From IMG/VR virus record IMGVR_UViG_3300031555_000648, positions 20,458-84,457 of that record: DNA of 64,000 nucleotides, one strand, 5' to 3'. This DNA is from a virus. Its lineage: Duplodnaviria > Caudoviricetes. A model generated the notes under the pieces. The model was not told the origin of the DNA, did not search any database, and saw only the letters and a list, made by a program, of their open reading frames with translations. Shown one piece after another: positions 1-10,050 of the stretch (positions within the stretch are counted from its first letter, which is position 1; each line of letters begins with the position of its first letter). Position numbers and translations under genes: made by a program.

Positions 1-232
1 TCAATACACTCTAAAGAAGTGCTTCCTGCATAGTGCTGTGGATTGTTTACATTATCGTGTGGTTTACTCATGGCTTACACCTCCTTGAGATAAGTAATTA
101 TAGCACCACCATCAATCTGCACTCTAAGACTGTCTTTAGTCTCTTCAACCAATCTTGCTTTAGTGGTGTCCACTGCATACTTCTTTTCAAGAAATTCTCT
201 TTGATTTCTAGTAAGTTTCTTAGTCTGCTTCA

Positions 233-1270
233 TTACTGCACTCTACCTCCACTTAAAGTCTTCAATTCTTCATACCATGGTGTCATGACTTCTTTCATCT
301 GTGGGTGTGGTGCTCCTGTTGTACCCTTACTTCTAAGGTTCACAATATGTTGCCACTCTGTCTCATTGCAGGTCATGATGATTTCGGTCTTTAAAGAGTT
401 AGGCAGAACACTTCTTGCTTCCTGTGCTGTACCACCATCAGCAATAATTCTGTTGTAACTCTCTTCTGCTACTTCACAAGCGTGTCTCCATGCACCATAT
501 CTCTCACTCCAATTTTCAGTGGTCACTCTCTCACCATCTGGCATGAAGAAGAAGGGTTCAATGACAGTGATTTCACCATCAAACTTGCCATGTGTGTAGT
601 TGCAGTAACGTGTGGACTCCTGTGCAAAGGAAACAGGTCTGTGTCTCACAAGTTCATGAGAAACACCTCTGTCACACACAAAGAGAACAGTATGTGTCTT
701 GTGCTTCATAAGTTCACCATTTACCCAACTTGGTACTCCCTCACAAATATGGCAGTGCATTTCATCAATAAATTCATCTTCATCTTTATACACCTTAAAA
801 TGTTTTGTTACTCTGTAAGAAAGCTGATAAGGGGAAATCTCCGGATAAGCATTACCAATAGCTGATAACATTTCATCAACTAAAGTAGGTAAGACACTTT
901 CATAACAGTATGCACCCTCATTCATCAATTCAAAGAAAGTTCTAAGAGGTGCAGAGATAAAAGTAGTGCCATAGTAGGTAGTCATTTTAAGATAACCTAA
1001 TAACTCTCTAATTCTGATATTGTAGTCCTCAAACTCTCTAAATGCTTTGAGTAATTCAGCATTATCTACATAACACAAAAGGTGAACCCAATGGTGTTCA
1101 ATCATAGCATAATGCTGTCTCTGGCAAAGACCTTTAACAAACTTCACTGCACTGTCTTCTGTAATCTTGTCTTCGGACTTGTAGCAGGTTCTTCCAATCT
1201 TTTCTACAAACTGATAAGGTGTAAGACCTTTCTTGGAAATGTGGGTGTGACTTGGCTTAATAATCTTCAT
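233..1270 (-). CDS. thyX: FAD-dependent thymidylate synthase ThyX
   Basis: ThyX signature RGVSHELVRHRPVSFAQESTRY and C-terminal EARSVLPN...HPQM; start moved to MKIIKP (1270), which follows an AGGAG RBS. Confidence 0.9.
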   Translation of the reverse strand: MKIIKPSHTHISKKGLTPYQFVEKIGRTCYKSEDKITEDSAVKFVKGLCQRQHYAMIEHHWVHLLCYVDNAELLKAFREFEDYNIRIRELLGYLKMTTYYGTTFISAPLRTFFELMNEGAYCYESVLPTLVDEMLSAIGNAYPEISPYQLSYRVTKHFKVYKDEDEFIDEMHCHICEGVPSWVNGELMKHKTHTVLFVCDRGVSHELVRHRPVSFAQESTRYCNYTHGKFDGEITVIEPFFFMPDGERVTTENWSERYGAWRHACEVAEESYNRIIADGGTAQEARSVLPNSLKTEIIMTCNETEWQHIVNLRSKGTTGAPHPQMKEVMTPWYEELKTLSGGRVQ

Positions 1271-1283
1271 GGTAAGTTCCTCC

Positions 1284-1871
1284 TTAATATTCAAGATTGG
1301 AGAGTGCTTCATCAATAGCGTCTCCATACTTCTCTTCTGTAAGTTCTGACTTCTTCTCGTCAAACTCTTCTTGGTATTCCTCTTCGGACTCCCATTCTTT
1401 CTCTTCTGCGTCTGGGTCATACTCACCCATTTCAGACTCAACTTCACCCTCGGCTTCATTCTCACAGTCTTCCCATGAAATGTTATTGAGTCCATCAATA
1501 GTAGCGTCTAAAGAGTCAATTCTCTCCTGCAACATTGTACCTGTGTCACCATACTGCAAGTTCTCTGGCATATTGTCTAAAGAGTCCTGCTGTTGGTCTC
1601 TGATTTCTTCAAGTGCTGTTGCAATCTCATCTGCTGTGTTCTCATTGAGACCGTAATCGTCTCTCCAATCTTCAACGATAGCACCAACATTCTTCACATA
1701 CTCTGAACCAGAGGTCTCATAAGATTTAAGACCACACTTGGTACATCTGATAATGGGTCTTCGTCTGTAAGGTGTTGCTTTAAGGTAAGGCATACCTACA
1801 GCAACCACTTCACCACACTTTGAACATTTCTGTTCTTTTCTTGCTTTGTTAATTCTTTCAATTCGTGCCAC
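1284..1871 (-). CDS. hypothetical protein, N-terminal Cys zinc ribbon and acidic C-terminus
   Basis: CSKC...CTKC motifs, GGAGGT RBS, in operon. Confidence 0.6.
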   Translation of the reverse strand: MARIERINKARKEQKCSKCGEVVAVGMPYLKATPYRRRPIIRCTKCGLKSYETSGSEYVKNVGAIVEDWRDDYGLNENTADEIATALEEIRDQQQDSLDNMPENLQYGDTGTMLQERIDSLDATIDGLNNISWEDCENEAEGEVESEMGEYDPDAEEKEWESEEEYQEEFDEKKSELTEEKYGDAIDEALSNLEY

Positions 1872-1876
1872 AATAT

Positions 1877-2443
1877 TTACCTCCTTTGCACATTATAATC
1901 TCTACGCTCATTCTCAAAGTCACCTGTCCGTCTGCTGACTTCTCGGCTCAACATGAAAATAGCTTCCTCGATTGACTGAATGTTAAAATTCAGCAACTTA
2001 ATTTTGTTCTTGTAGTCCACGTACTCTTCATAGCATGGAAGAACATCTGGGTCTGAATTGACCTCTCTTTCTTTAGCTGTCTCGGACAACTTACTACCCA
2101 ACAACTCTCTGTATCTTGACTCACTTGCAGACATATACTTCCGTCTTGCTTCTTCACAGAATAACTCGGCATATCCTACAAGTGTTCTCATGTACATCTT
2201 CTGTTGAGTAAAGGCATTGAGGTATTCACCTAAATCTCTGGCAGACACCTCTGTGATACTTTGTGGAAGAGAAAGATAGTCTTTGTCAATGTGTAAACTT
2301 CCACCATCTTCACTAGGCTTAAAGAAATCTACACCTTGGTCTTCTAACTCTTTCTGCATTGTGTCACTGTAACTACGCTTTTGATTTAACACCTCTTTTG
2401 GGTTAATCTTGCTACTTTTCTTTTCTACTTTTCGCAATCCCAC
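1877..2443 (-). CDS. helical hypothetical protein, possibly a UvsY-like recombination mediator
   Basis: Helical/coiled composition and location in the recombination cluster; family assignment is inference. Confidence 0.4.
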   Translation of the reverse strand: MGLRKVEKKSSKINPKEVLNQKRSYSDTMQKELEDQGVDFFKPSEDGGSLHIDKDYLSLPQSITEVSARDLGEYLNAFTQQKMYMRTLVGYAELFCEEARRKYMSASESRYRELLGSKLSETAKEREVNSDPDVLPCYEEYVDYKNKIKLLNFNIQSIEEAIFMLSREVSRRTGDFENERRDYNVQRR

Positions 2444-2458
2444 AGTTTCACCTCCTTG

Positions 2459-3349
2459 TTACTGAATGTAACACTCATTTTTATAACTACACCATCTACA
2501 GATGTTGCAGGACTTACTTGTACCCTCTCTTGGTGGAAGTGTCTCTGTATCACAGCACTCATTTAAGTACTCATAATCTTCTAACACCTCTGTCAAGATA
2601 GGTTCAGTAGTCATATTTCGCTCTACAACAAACTCCTTTAACTCTTGGTTATTCTTATTCTCATAGAGGAAGATAACCTTAGTAATAGGCTTGTCTGTGT
2701 AGAAAAGAATGTTGTCAGCTAACATATTCAGCATGACCTCATTCTTAATCTTCTGCTCTCTGGTGTACTTTCTACCACCAACCATGTGCTGATAGTGACT
2801 CTCAAAGTAAGCATATCTCTCACTCCATGAAGCGTTAAATTCTTCTGGTGTCTTATAGTGCTCATGCAACCAAAGTCTTCTTTCTTCGGCACAATACAGG
2901 TAAACAAGACCCTGCTTCTTATGCTCGTCTTTAGCGTCTCTTAACTGACTGTACTGATTGTCATTGATAGACTTAATCTCAAGGATTGCCACCTCTTCAA
3001 TAAGGTTAATAAAACCATCAGTGTGTCCTTGGATATTGTACTCATCATTGATAAGTGGAACTTCGTCCATGTACAGCAACTCCATGTCAAGTAAATAACC
3101 TTGGAGTCTTTCATGGGTGTATGTACCATTATCAAAAATACGCTGTGTTCTTGGGTCAATACTACCATCATTCTCGTACTGCATACGCATATAGTAATTA
3201 GCACGATTACACTTACCTGCTTGTGATGGTGCATTGACATTCACTGCCCTGTCATTAGGTCTGTTAGCTTCTTCAAACAGGTATCTGTCTAAAGGTGCTG
3301 TAACATAACCCTCTTTCTTCATTGCTTGGAACATTTCTTTTAATGCCAC
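2459..3349 (-). CDS. PD-(D/E)XK Cas4-like exonuclease
   Basis: GHTDG...ILEIKS catalytic motif, Q-x-x-x-Y, and Cys cluster (N-terminal C plus C-terminal CxxCxWCxY). Confidence 0.7.
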   Translation of the reverse strand: MALKEMFQAMKKEGYVTAPLDRYLFEEANRPNDRAVNVNAPSQAGKCNRANYYMRMQYENDGSIDPRTQRIFDNGTYTHERLQGYLLDMELLYMDEVPLINDEYNIQGHTDGFINLIEEVAILEIKSINDNQYSQLRDAKDEHKKQGLVYLYCAEERRLWLHEHYKTPEEFNASWSERYAYFESHYQHMVGGRKYTREQKIKNEVMLNMLADNILFYTDKPITKVIFLYENKNNQELKEFVVERNMTTEPILTEVLEDYEYLNECCDTETLPPREGTSKSCNICRWCSYKNECYIQ

Positions 3350-3831
3350 TGTAGTACCTCCTTGTATGCTTCTTCAAAATCTTTCTGCAACATTAAGCAT
3401 ATCGCATTATTCTTCTTTCCGCAAATGTATGTAACAATCATAGAGGTGTAATCACCAAACTCATCAACACCTAAGTCTTTTGCTCTGACTCTTACTGACT
3501 TTGGAACTTCTCTCACCATTATTCTGGTATCAATGTTTGGGTCAAAGTCTTTAGGTCTAAACACCACCACTCGGTCTCTGTCTTCAAGGTCAATAACCAT
3601 AAGTGGTATTCTTAAATGGTCTCTGATTGCTTCTTGCTCAATCTTCTCCCACACTGTTGCTGTAAGAGAATAGTAGTCCTTTTCAGTGGTCTTGCACTCA
3701 ATAAGGAAATTATCATTTCTCACATCAGCTTTCATGCCCCACAAAGCACCACTAGCAACTGTCACTTTTGCGTTGAAGTCTTTTGCTACACTTTTCTCCT
3801 GCTTCTGACTTCTTCGTTTTACTGTTTTCAT
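3340..3831 (-). CDS. Holliday junction resolvase (Hjc-like PD-(D/E)XK)
   Basis: QEK...ASGA...KADV...FLIECKTT pattern. Confidence 0.6.
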   Translation of the reverse strand: MKTVKRRSQKQEKSVAKDFNAKVTVASGALWGMKADVRNDNFLIECKTTEKDYYSLTATVWEKIEQEAIRDHLRIPLMVIDLEDRDRVVVFRPKDFDPNIDTRIMVREVPKSVRVRAKDLGVDEFGDYTSMIVTYICGKKNNAICLMLQKDFEEAYKEVLQWH

Positions 3832-4232
3832 TGATTACCTCCAAGATACTTGTCAAATAGTGATTTCATAAACTTGTGATATTCAATGAGTTCCTCATCA
3901 GAGATTTTTCTCTCAATTATTTGTACATCATTTCTGCTACTCTCATCAATCTTGTATAGAATGTGCTGTAAGTCACTAAAGGTCTTAGCCACACTTGACT
4001 GTCTTTGTGCTTCTTCGTTTAGCACCACCAACTGTTTAGCTTCTCTCACATCAAGTTCAACACCACCACTTAAGACAAACTTAGTTCTCTTTGGTGTTAT
4101 CCTCTCTATAGTCTTAGGACTAACAATAGGGTAGCGGAATATGCTTCTCCAACCAAAAGTGGGATAAGTGCAGTAACCTACTTTATCTCCTACTTTTAAG
4201 GTATCAATATCTACTCTGGTCAACTCACTCAT
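3828..4232 (-). CDS. hypothetical protein
   Basis: 134 aa ORF with GGAGG RBS, coupled to neighbours. Confidence 0.6.
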   Translation of the reverse strand: MSELTRVDIDTLKVGDKVGYCTYPTFGWRSIFRYPIVSPKTIERITPKRTKFVLSGGVELDVREAKQLVVLNEEAQRQSSVAKTFSDLQHILYKIDESSRNDVQIIERKISDEELIEYHKFMKSLFDKYLGGNQ

Positions 4233-4350
4233 TTCTATCCTCCTAAATAGTCAAACTGAATACAATCATTATAGGCTTCTTCCACTTCACTCATTTCACA
4301 ATAAGAGTGTCTGCTCCCATAACTACTATAAGAGTGTGGGTGGAAGTTGC

Positions 4351-4566
4351 CTAAGTAAGAATTTGTCTCTTGTCTGGCTCTTTGTCATAACCACGACTAA
4401 ACATCTTACTCTTTGACTCGGATTTAGTTCTCCGTCTTTCTGCTCGGTCAACGATTTTATTGAATATCGACTTTTCTTCCTCTGTCAGATATTCAAGCAC
4501 TTCTGCAACAGTTCTTACTTCATACTCACCACTTCCAAAGAAAGCGTCTTCATCATATACTCTCAA
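4351..4566 (-). CDS. small protein carrying the MFSRGY motif
   Basis: ORF coupled to upstream gene; KSKMFSRGY near the C-terminus. Confidence 0.55.
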   Translation of the reverse strand: MRVYDEDAFFGSGEYEVRTVAEVLEYLTEEEKSIFNKIVDRAERRRTKSESKSKMFSRGYDKEPDKRQILT

Positions 4567-4832
4567 TCTAATCGTGACCTCCCATTCTTCTTAAATAACG
4601 ACTGCTGTTCAGTCTTCATACTTGAACTTGGTCTCCATTTCACACAGTACACATTATTCTCTGTGACAACCATGTCATACTCTAATACTTCTTGGTTCTG
4701 ACACACTTCTTCTTTATCACCACTTGCTTGAAAATAATAAGCACAGTTAAAACAAGACCTTGTGTAGTAAGGGTTCTTAGCAAGTCTCTCTCGACTCTCT
4801 TTGTACCCTCTGGTAAAAATAGGTTTACTCAT
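4563..4832 (-). CDS. small Cys-rich protein with N-terminal IFTRGY motif
   Basis: CFNC...C...C zinc-binding pattern; N-terminus resembles the SSB N-terminus. Confidence 0.6.
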   Translation of the reverse strand: MSKPIFTRGYKESRERLAKNPYYTRSCFNCAYYFQASGDKEEVCQNQEVLEYDMVVTENNVYCVKWRPSSSMKTEQQSLFKKNGRSRLD

Positions 4833-4841
4833 AAGCTACAC

Positions 4842-5990
4842 CTACTTCTTTGCCATCATTTCTAACACCTGCTTCTCAAGGTCATGGATAATTTCTTCAT
4901 TGTCTTTAATGTAATCAATGAGTTTATCTTTACCTTGGAACTTGTTGCTAGGGTCAGACGCTAAATAGAAGTAAGCACCACTTCTCTCAATGAGACCAAA
5001 AGACATTGCTTCAAGAATAATGGATAAGTAAATATCACAGAACCCTTTCTTAATACCTGCACTGTTATTCTCATCAGTGTACATATCAAACTCACCATGA
5101 CGACCTGCTGTAAAGGTCTTGTTCTTCTCTACTTTGAACTTCACAACTTGACCTACAACAGTCTTGTTATCACCAGAACCCTCACTCAAACTGTCACCCT
5201 TACGGAGTCTAATACACACTGACTGTGCATAGTCTTTTGCTTTTCCTCCGGGAGCAAACTCTGGATTACCATAAGCACCAATCTTATCTTTCAACTGATT
5301 GATACCAATGATAGTGAATGGCATTTTGCCCTCTCTCTTGAGTTTGTTGTTCTTAGCTTGGAACTTTCTAAAGAACTCACCTAACAGCTTCGGTTTAACA
5401 CCCATCATGATTGTATCGTCCATTTCGCTCTCATATTCTTTAATAGGCACAAGTGCTTCAATAGAGTCAATGACTGCTAACTTGATATTGTCATCTTCCA
5501 TAATGTCTAAAATCATCTGGGTAACTTCTTCAAGTCCTGTACTTGGGTTATACATGAAAAGGTCTTCATCAACATCAAGCTGATTGAAATATTCCTCTGT
5601 GTTTGTACCCTCTGCGTCACAAAATGCAACTACTTTTCCGAACTTCTTCTGGAACTCTCTCACCATGTGAATAGTGGTGGTTGACTTAAAGGAAGAGTAT
5701 GCTCCCTGCACTTCTATGTAGCGTCCTACAGGAATACCACCACCTAGTGAAATATCAAGTGATGGAATAGAGGTGCTAAATCTCTGTACATTATACCAAT
5801 CGTCTTCTGGCTTCTCTGCTTTAGGAAATCCTCTCATTAAAGCGTTCTCACCATACTTCTTTGCACAGTCATCAATAACTTTCTGCAATGTCTTTTCTCT
5901 TTGAGCGTCCATCTTCTTAGGTGTCTTTTCTTTAGCAGGTGCAGAAACCTTTGGTGTAGGCTTCTTTGTTGCTACTGTCTTTTTAACCAT
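4842..5990 (-). CDS. recA: RecA/UvsX-like recombinase
   Basis: [13 protein letters not shown], Walker [10 protein letters not shown] (UvsX-like), Walker [27 protein letters not shown]; start at MVKK after GGAGG. Confidence 0.92.
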   Translation of the reverse strand: MVKKTVATKKPTPKVSAPAKEKTPKKMDAQREKTLQKVIDDCAKKYGENALMRGFPKAEKPEDDWYNVQRFSTSIPSLDISLGGGIPVGRYIEVQGAYSSFKSTTTIHMVREFQKKFGKVVAFCDAEGTNTEEYFNQLDVDEDLFMYNPSTGLEEVTQMILDIMEDDNIKLAVIDSIEALVPIKEYESEMDDTIMMGVKPKLLGEFFRKFQAKNNKLKREGKMPFTIIGINQLKDKIGAYGNPEFAPGGKAKDYAQSVCIRLRKGDSLSEGSGDNKTVVGQVVKFKVEKNKTFTAGRHGEFDMYTDENNSAGIKKGFCDIYLSIILEAMSFGLIERSGAYFYLASDPSNKFQGKDKLIDYIKDNEEIIHDLEKQVLEMMAKK

Positions 5991-6186
5991 TGCTTTCTTC
6001 CTCCATTTCACTTCTAATTGTGAGGTCTCCCTCACGCTCCATCTGATTGATAATTGCTCTTGTCATAAAGTCTGACTGATTATCATTATTCTTTCTGACA
6101 TGAACCCCTAATCTATCAAGAAGTAGCTTACTTGTCATGATAGTCGTTTTCTCCCTTACAGGTGGGTCTATCACTTGTCTCGCCAT
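5983..6186 (-). CDS. ribbon-helix-helix type DNA-binding protein
   Basis: 67 aa; beta strand KTTIMT followed by two helices ([10 protein letters not shown]), an RHH-like pattern. Confidence 0.55.
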   Translation of the reverse strand: MARQVIDPPVREKTTIMTSKLLLDRLGVHVRKNNDNQSDFMTRAIINQMEREGDLTIRSEMEEESNG

Positions 6187-6217
6187 TTCAATCACTCCTT
6201 TCAATGACAGTGAAAAG

Positions 6218-6255
6218 TAATAAAGTCATACTTTCACTCAAGTATGACTTTATTA
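6218..6255. repeat. perfect 16-bp inverted repeat (operator or terminator) overlapping a promoter -10
   Basis: TAATAAAGTCATACTT-tcactc-AAGTATGACTTTATTA. Confidence 0.85.
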
Positions 6256-6280
6256 TATAACACAATATTTAATCCGTCAA
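6252..6280 (-). promoter_or_regulatory. SigA-type promoter for the RHH-recA operon
   Basis: TTGACG-17 bp-TATAAT. Confidence 0.8.
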
Positions 6281-6284
6281 ATGA

Positions 6285-7202
6285 TTAGGAATTAGTTGAA
6301 CCAATACCACCTGTTCTCTTTGCTGTAGCATGGTCATCTTTTGTGATAAAGAACTCTTTAAACAATCCCTGCATATAACCCTCACCTGCTTTAATGAAGA
6401 TTTCTTTGTCGGAGTTGTTGGTCATCTTACACTGAATATGACCCTCGTTGTTTTCATTGTTGTAGTAATCTGCGTCAATGATACCAACAGTATTGTCAAG
6501 GGTAAGTCTGTACTTAAATCCTAAAGAACTTCTAGGATATAACTCAAGGACAAATCCCTCATCAATCTGGCACTTAATGCCTGTTGCAAGTTTCACTGTC
6601 TCATGTGGCTTAATCACAATGTCATGAGGTGCAAGGAAATCATAACCTGCACTTCCTGCTGTCTTTCTCACAGGACACTGAATACTGTCATAACAACCAT
6701 GTAACTCTTTGTCGGTGTCAAGCACCCACTGACTGTATTTTACTTTCTCAAACTTTGCTACTGCTTTCATATCTACTGCTTCCTCCACTTCTTGTGCTAA
6801 CAAATTATTGCCGATTTTAATGTCATAATTCTTATGAACAATATGCTGACCAGAGTGAGGACATAACCACGCAATCAACTCACCTGTCTTTCGGTCATAA
6901 ATCTGGTACTCTAACTTTTCCTCATCAAGCATAGGGTCAATACAGCAAAGGACACTAAAGTCTTCTTTAATCCACACAAGTGTCTCATCACTATCTACAT
7001 ATTCACCATTAAGAGTGATATGTGTTTCTACTAAGGCTTTGCCACAGCTTGACTTTGCGTTCTTACAGGCAACTAAAATTGCTTCTGGAACACCTGCTTT
7101 AAGACAGCACAGGTCTGAATTGGATAACTCAACTTCAATAGGGTCTCCTTTGTCTGCAAGCACATCAATAAGTACTTTCATTCTGTAAATATTATCTCTC
7201 AT
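6285..7202 (-). CDS. dut: trimeric dUTPase with extra N-terminal domain
   Basis: AGSAGYDF, PRSSLG, GIIDADY, RTGGIGST motifs in the C-terminal half. Confidence 0.88.
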   Translation of the reverse strand: MRDNIYRMKVLIDVLADKGDPIEVELSNSDLCCLKAGVPEAILVACKNAKSSCGKALVETHITLNGEYVDSDETLVWIKEDFSVLCCIDPMLDEEKLEYQIYDRKTGELIAWLCPHSGQHIVHKNYDIKIGNNLLAQEVEEAVDMKAVAKFEKVKYSQWVLDTDKELHGCYDSIQCPVRKTAGSAGYDFLAPHDIVIKPHETVKLATGIKCQIDEGFVLELYPRSSLGFKYRLTLDNTVGIIDADYYNNENNEGHIQCKMTNNSDKEIFIKAGEGYMQGLFKEFFITKDDHATAKRTGGIGSTNS

Positions 7203-7288
7203 TTCTTCCTCCTAAATAGAGACTTAATCTGGTGTTTGATAATCCACCAGATTTGTCTCATATATGAATATTCTTGCTTTATCTTCAT
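7199..7288 (-). CDS. 29-aa basic/hydrophobic peptide not in the ORF track
   Basis: AGGTGAG RBS then MKIKQEYSYMRQIWWIIKHQIKSLFRRKK*; stop overlaps the dUTPase start. Confidence 0.45.
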   Translation of the reverse strand: MKIKQEYSYMRQIWWIIKHQIKSLFRRKK

Positions 7289-7296
7289 ACACTCAC

Positions 7297-9600
7297 CTAC
7301 TTTGCGTCTTGGTAAGAGTCACCCATGTCAAAGTCAGCTCTTAAATACTTCACTTGCTTTCTTGGGTCTTCACCAAATGGGTGCTCCATAAGGTGCTTAA
7401 TGATAGTGATTGCTTCTTCACAGTTTTCTTCTGGACACTCAAACACCAATTCATCATGGACTTGGATAAGCATTTTAGCACCTAACTCTTTCAGACGTTC
7501 TTCCTGCTGAACTCTAATCTGTGCATTGATAGTAATATCTCCTGCTGTACCTTGAATGGCACTGTTTACTGCAAGTCTCTCACAGTAGCTTGAAATCTTA
7601 CCATCACTTGAGTTAATGTCTGGCAGTCTTCTCTTACGTCCTAAAATAGTGTACACGAACTTATTTCTGTGTCCGAATTTCTTCTGACTCTGAATGAACT
7701 TAGCAACACCACTGTAGGACTCAAAGTACTTGTCAATAAAGGCTTGTGCTACTTGCACACCATTTCTACAGTGATATGCTTCAAGGTACTCTTTGTCACC
7801 AAGGTCAAGTGGTGAATAATGGTCACTTCTCAAGTTCTCATACAACAATGTTGCTCCACCACCATACATCAACAAGAAGTTGATTGTTTTAGCCGCTTGA
7901 CGCAAGTGTGGATATTTCTTCTTACACTCCATAGGAGTACAATCAAGATTAAACATATTCACTGCTGTAGAACCATGAGCGTCATCATCATTAGCAAACA
8001 TTTCAGACAAGTTCTTATCACCACTAAAGTGGGTCAGACACACCATTTCAAGGTTGTGGTAGTCAAGTGCAATAATCTTGTTTCTCTTACCTGTCTCTTC
8101 ATTCATGCTACCAATAAACACACTTCTAATTTGGTACTTATCATCTTCTTCTGCCTTAGGTAACTGCTGTAAGTTCGGCTTAGAACAGGAAAGTCTTCCA
8201 CTGTCTGTACCAATCTGATTAAAGCTAGGGTGAGCTTTTCCATCTTCATACAACTGCTCTAAGATACCATCTACAAAGGCTGTCTTTAACTTGGCAAGTT
8301 TCGCATACTCAAGCATATACTTACACATTTCAACACCCTGCTGTTTTCTCTTATTAGCTTTCTTGTATGTCTTCTGGCTCAATCTCCAAATAGCGTCACT
8401 GTCTGTACTTGGTGCACCACTCTTTGTTGTAGCTGTAGCACTAAATCTGAATGAGTGGTCAAGAAGTGTGCTGTTGTTAGCTTTGTAAATTCGACCACGT
8501 TCATCTACAGTGTAGCCTTTCTCTTCTAACAGGTCATAGTCATCATCATGATATGCATGTTGCAAGTACTTAGGTAACTTTGCTAAATCAATAGCTTTCT
8601 GCTCTTTCTGGTAGCCGAATAACAATTCTGCTTTCTGCTGACTACTTCCAATATTGAACTCAACACCTGCAAGTTCATAAATTTTGTACTGCAACTCATC
8701 AAGGTCTTCTTGCATATCAACACCCATCTGCTTTAACTTCTCAACATCTACAGTAACACCCTGCTCTTCCATTTCAAACAACACGAACAGGAACGGAATA
8801 TACATCTTATAATAAATCTTGTCCATTCCCTCTGAAACAAGTTCTTTCTCAAATCCGAGACAGTTGCACCATGTGTAAAATGCGTCTGCGATAGCATAAG
8901 GAGCACCATCTTCAATCAGCACTAAATCAAAAGTGACTTTAGAGTTGGCACTGTAGCCAAATGCTTTCTTCACCTCATTAGGTACTGTTTCTGTGGTCTC
9001 TTTAAAGTGAGTCTGTGGTATTCCCATCTTCTCTGTGGTATTCTCTTTCAAACCATTAGGTGTGTTCTCATCACACAACCATGAAGCTAACATACCATCA
9101 AACACATCTCTAGTCTTAATATCAATGCCAATACGCTTCAACACATGGAAGTCAAACTTCAAGTTCCAACCATATATTCTCACATCTGGTCTTGCAAAGA
9201 CTCTCTTCAAATACTTCACCACTACATCAATGGTCAACTGATTATCAATGTCTTCGTCTCTCACATGACCTGTAGGTATGTAGTAGTTGTTATTCTCACC
9301 CCAAGAAAAACTAAGACCCACACACTTAAAGTTCTTATTCTGACCAAGGACTTCTAAAGTGTTGGTCTCTGTATCATAAGCAAATGCAGGTATCCTCATC
9401 ATTTCATCTGTCAACCACTTAAGTTCAGACAATGAGGTGATAATCTCATACTCTTTCATCTGTGGCTTCCAAGGGAAATTACCTTTCCACTCACCTGTGT
9501 AATTAGGCAAGATTTTTTGTGGACTAAGAGGTACAGGTTTCACCACTTTCTTAAGTTTAGGTTTCTTCTGCACACCACTCTGTACTTTCTTTAACTTCAC
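7297..9600 (-). CDS. polA: DNA polymerase family A with 3'-5' exonuclease
   Basis: Exo I YDTET, motif A ALDYHNLE, motif B RQAAKTINFLLMYG, motif C QVHDELVFE. Confidence 0.95.
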   Translation of the reverse strand: MKLKKVQSGVQKKPKLKKVVKPVPLSPQKILPNYTGEWKGNFPWKPQMKEYEIITSLSELKWLTDEMMRIPAFAYDTETNTLEVLGQNKNFKCVGLSFSWGENNNYYIPTGHVRDEDIDNQLTIDVVVKYLKRVFARPDVRIYGWNLKFDFHVLKRIGIDIKTRDVFDGMLASWLCDENTPNGLKENTTEKMGIPQTHFKETTETVPNEVKKAFGYSANSKVTFDLVLIEDGAPYAIADAFYTWCNCLGFEKELVSEGMDKIYYKMYIPFLFVLFEMEEQGVTVDVEKLKQMGVDMQEDLDELQYKIYELAGVEFNIGSSQQKAELLFGYQKEQKAIDLAKLPKYLQHAYHDDDYDLLEEKGYTVDERGRIYKANNSTLLDHSFRFSATATTKSGAPSTDSDAIWRLSQKTYKKANKRKQQGVEMCKYMLEYAKLAKLKTAFVDGILEQLYEDGKAHPSFNQIGTDSGRLSCSKPNLQQLPKAEEDDKYQIRSVFIGSMNEETGKRNKIIALDYHNLEMVCLTHFSGDKNLSEMFANDDDAHGSTAVNMFNLDCTPMECKKKYPHLRQAAKTINFLLMYGGGATLLYENLRSDHYSPLDLGDKEYLEAYHCRNGVQVAQAFIDKYFESYSGVAKFIQSQKKFGHRNKFVYTILGRKRRLPDINSSDGKISSYCERLAVNSAIQGTAGDITINAQIRVQQEERLKELGAKMLIQVHDELVFECPEENCEEAITIIKHLMEHPFGEDPRKQVKYLRADFDMGDSYQDAK

Positions 9601-9651
9601 TTGTTAATCACTTCCTTTCACATAAAATAAGTAGCTTACAACTACAGTATA

Positions 9652-9680
9652 ATTATAAACTATTTATCGTCTGTGGTCAA
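9652..9680 (-). promoter_or_regulatory. SigA-type promoter upstream of DNA polymerase
   Basis: TTGACC-17 bp-TATAAT. Confidence 0.75.
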
Positions 9681-9687
9681 ATCACCA

Positions 9688-9966
9688 CTACTTATTCAGT
9701 TCTGCTTCAAGTTCGCTACCAACGCTGATTGCGAGTGTGTTCTTGTCTTCTGTCTTCCATGCTTTTCCATTCATGTTACCAGAACGACCTTTCTGAACTT
9801 TCTGCTTGATAGTGAACTGACCCTTAAAGGAAACTCCACCCTCTTTGCACTTGTCAGTGATAACTGCTACAGCGTCCTGCATAATGCTCTGTGCTTCTGC
9901 TAAAGAACAACCTCTCTTAGCTTTCAATGCTTCTGCACAATCTTTCATTCCTGCTACTTTGCTCAT
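9688..9966 (-). CDS. HU/IHF-like DNA-binding protein
   Basis: 92 aa; VSFKGQFTIKQKVQKGRSG arm and HU-like fold pattern. Confidence 0.75.
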   Translation of the reverse strand: MSKVAGMKDCAEALKAKRGCSLAEAQSIMQDAVAVITDKCKEGGVSFKGQFTIKQKVQKGRSGNMNGKAWKTEDKNTLAISVGSELEAELNK

Positions 9967-10050
9967 TGGCTTATCCTCCTTATGGAATATTATTTTTACA
10001 GTTCTCTACAGTCAAAGCCGAGTTTAATTGACTGCTAGGTACTGCTTGAC

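Noticed and set aside
1271-1498. 76-aa N-terminal extension of ThyX in the ORF track
   Set aside because: It overlaps the upstream gene in another frame; a good RBS precedes MKIIKP at 1270.
5676-5708. RecA Walker A with F in place of the second G (GAYSSFKS)
   Set aside because: The same substitution is present in T4 UvsX (GPSKSFKS), so it is not evidence of inactivity or novelty.
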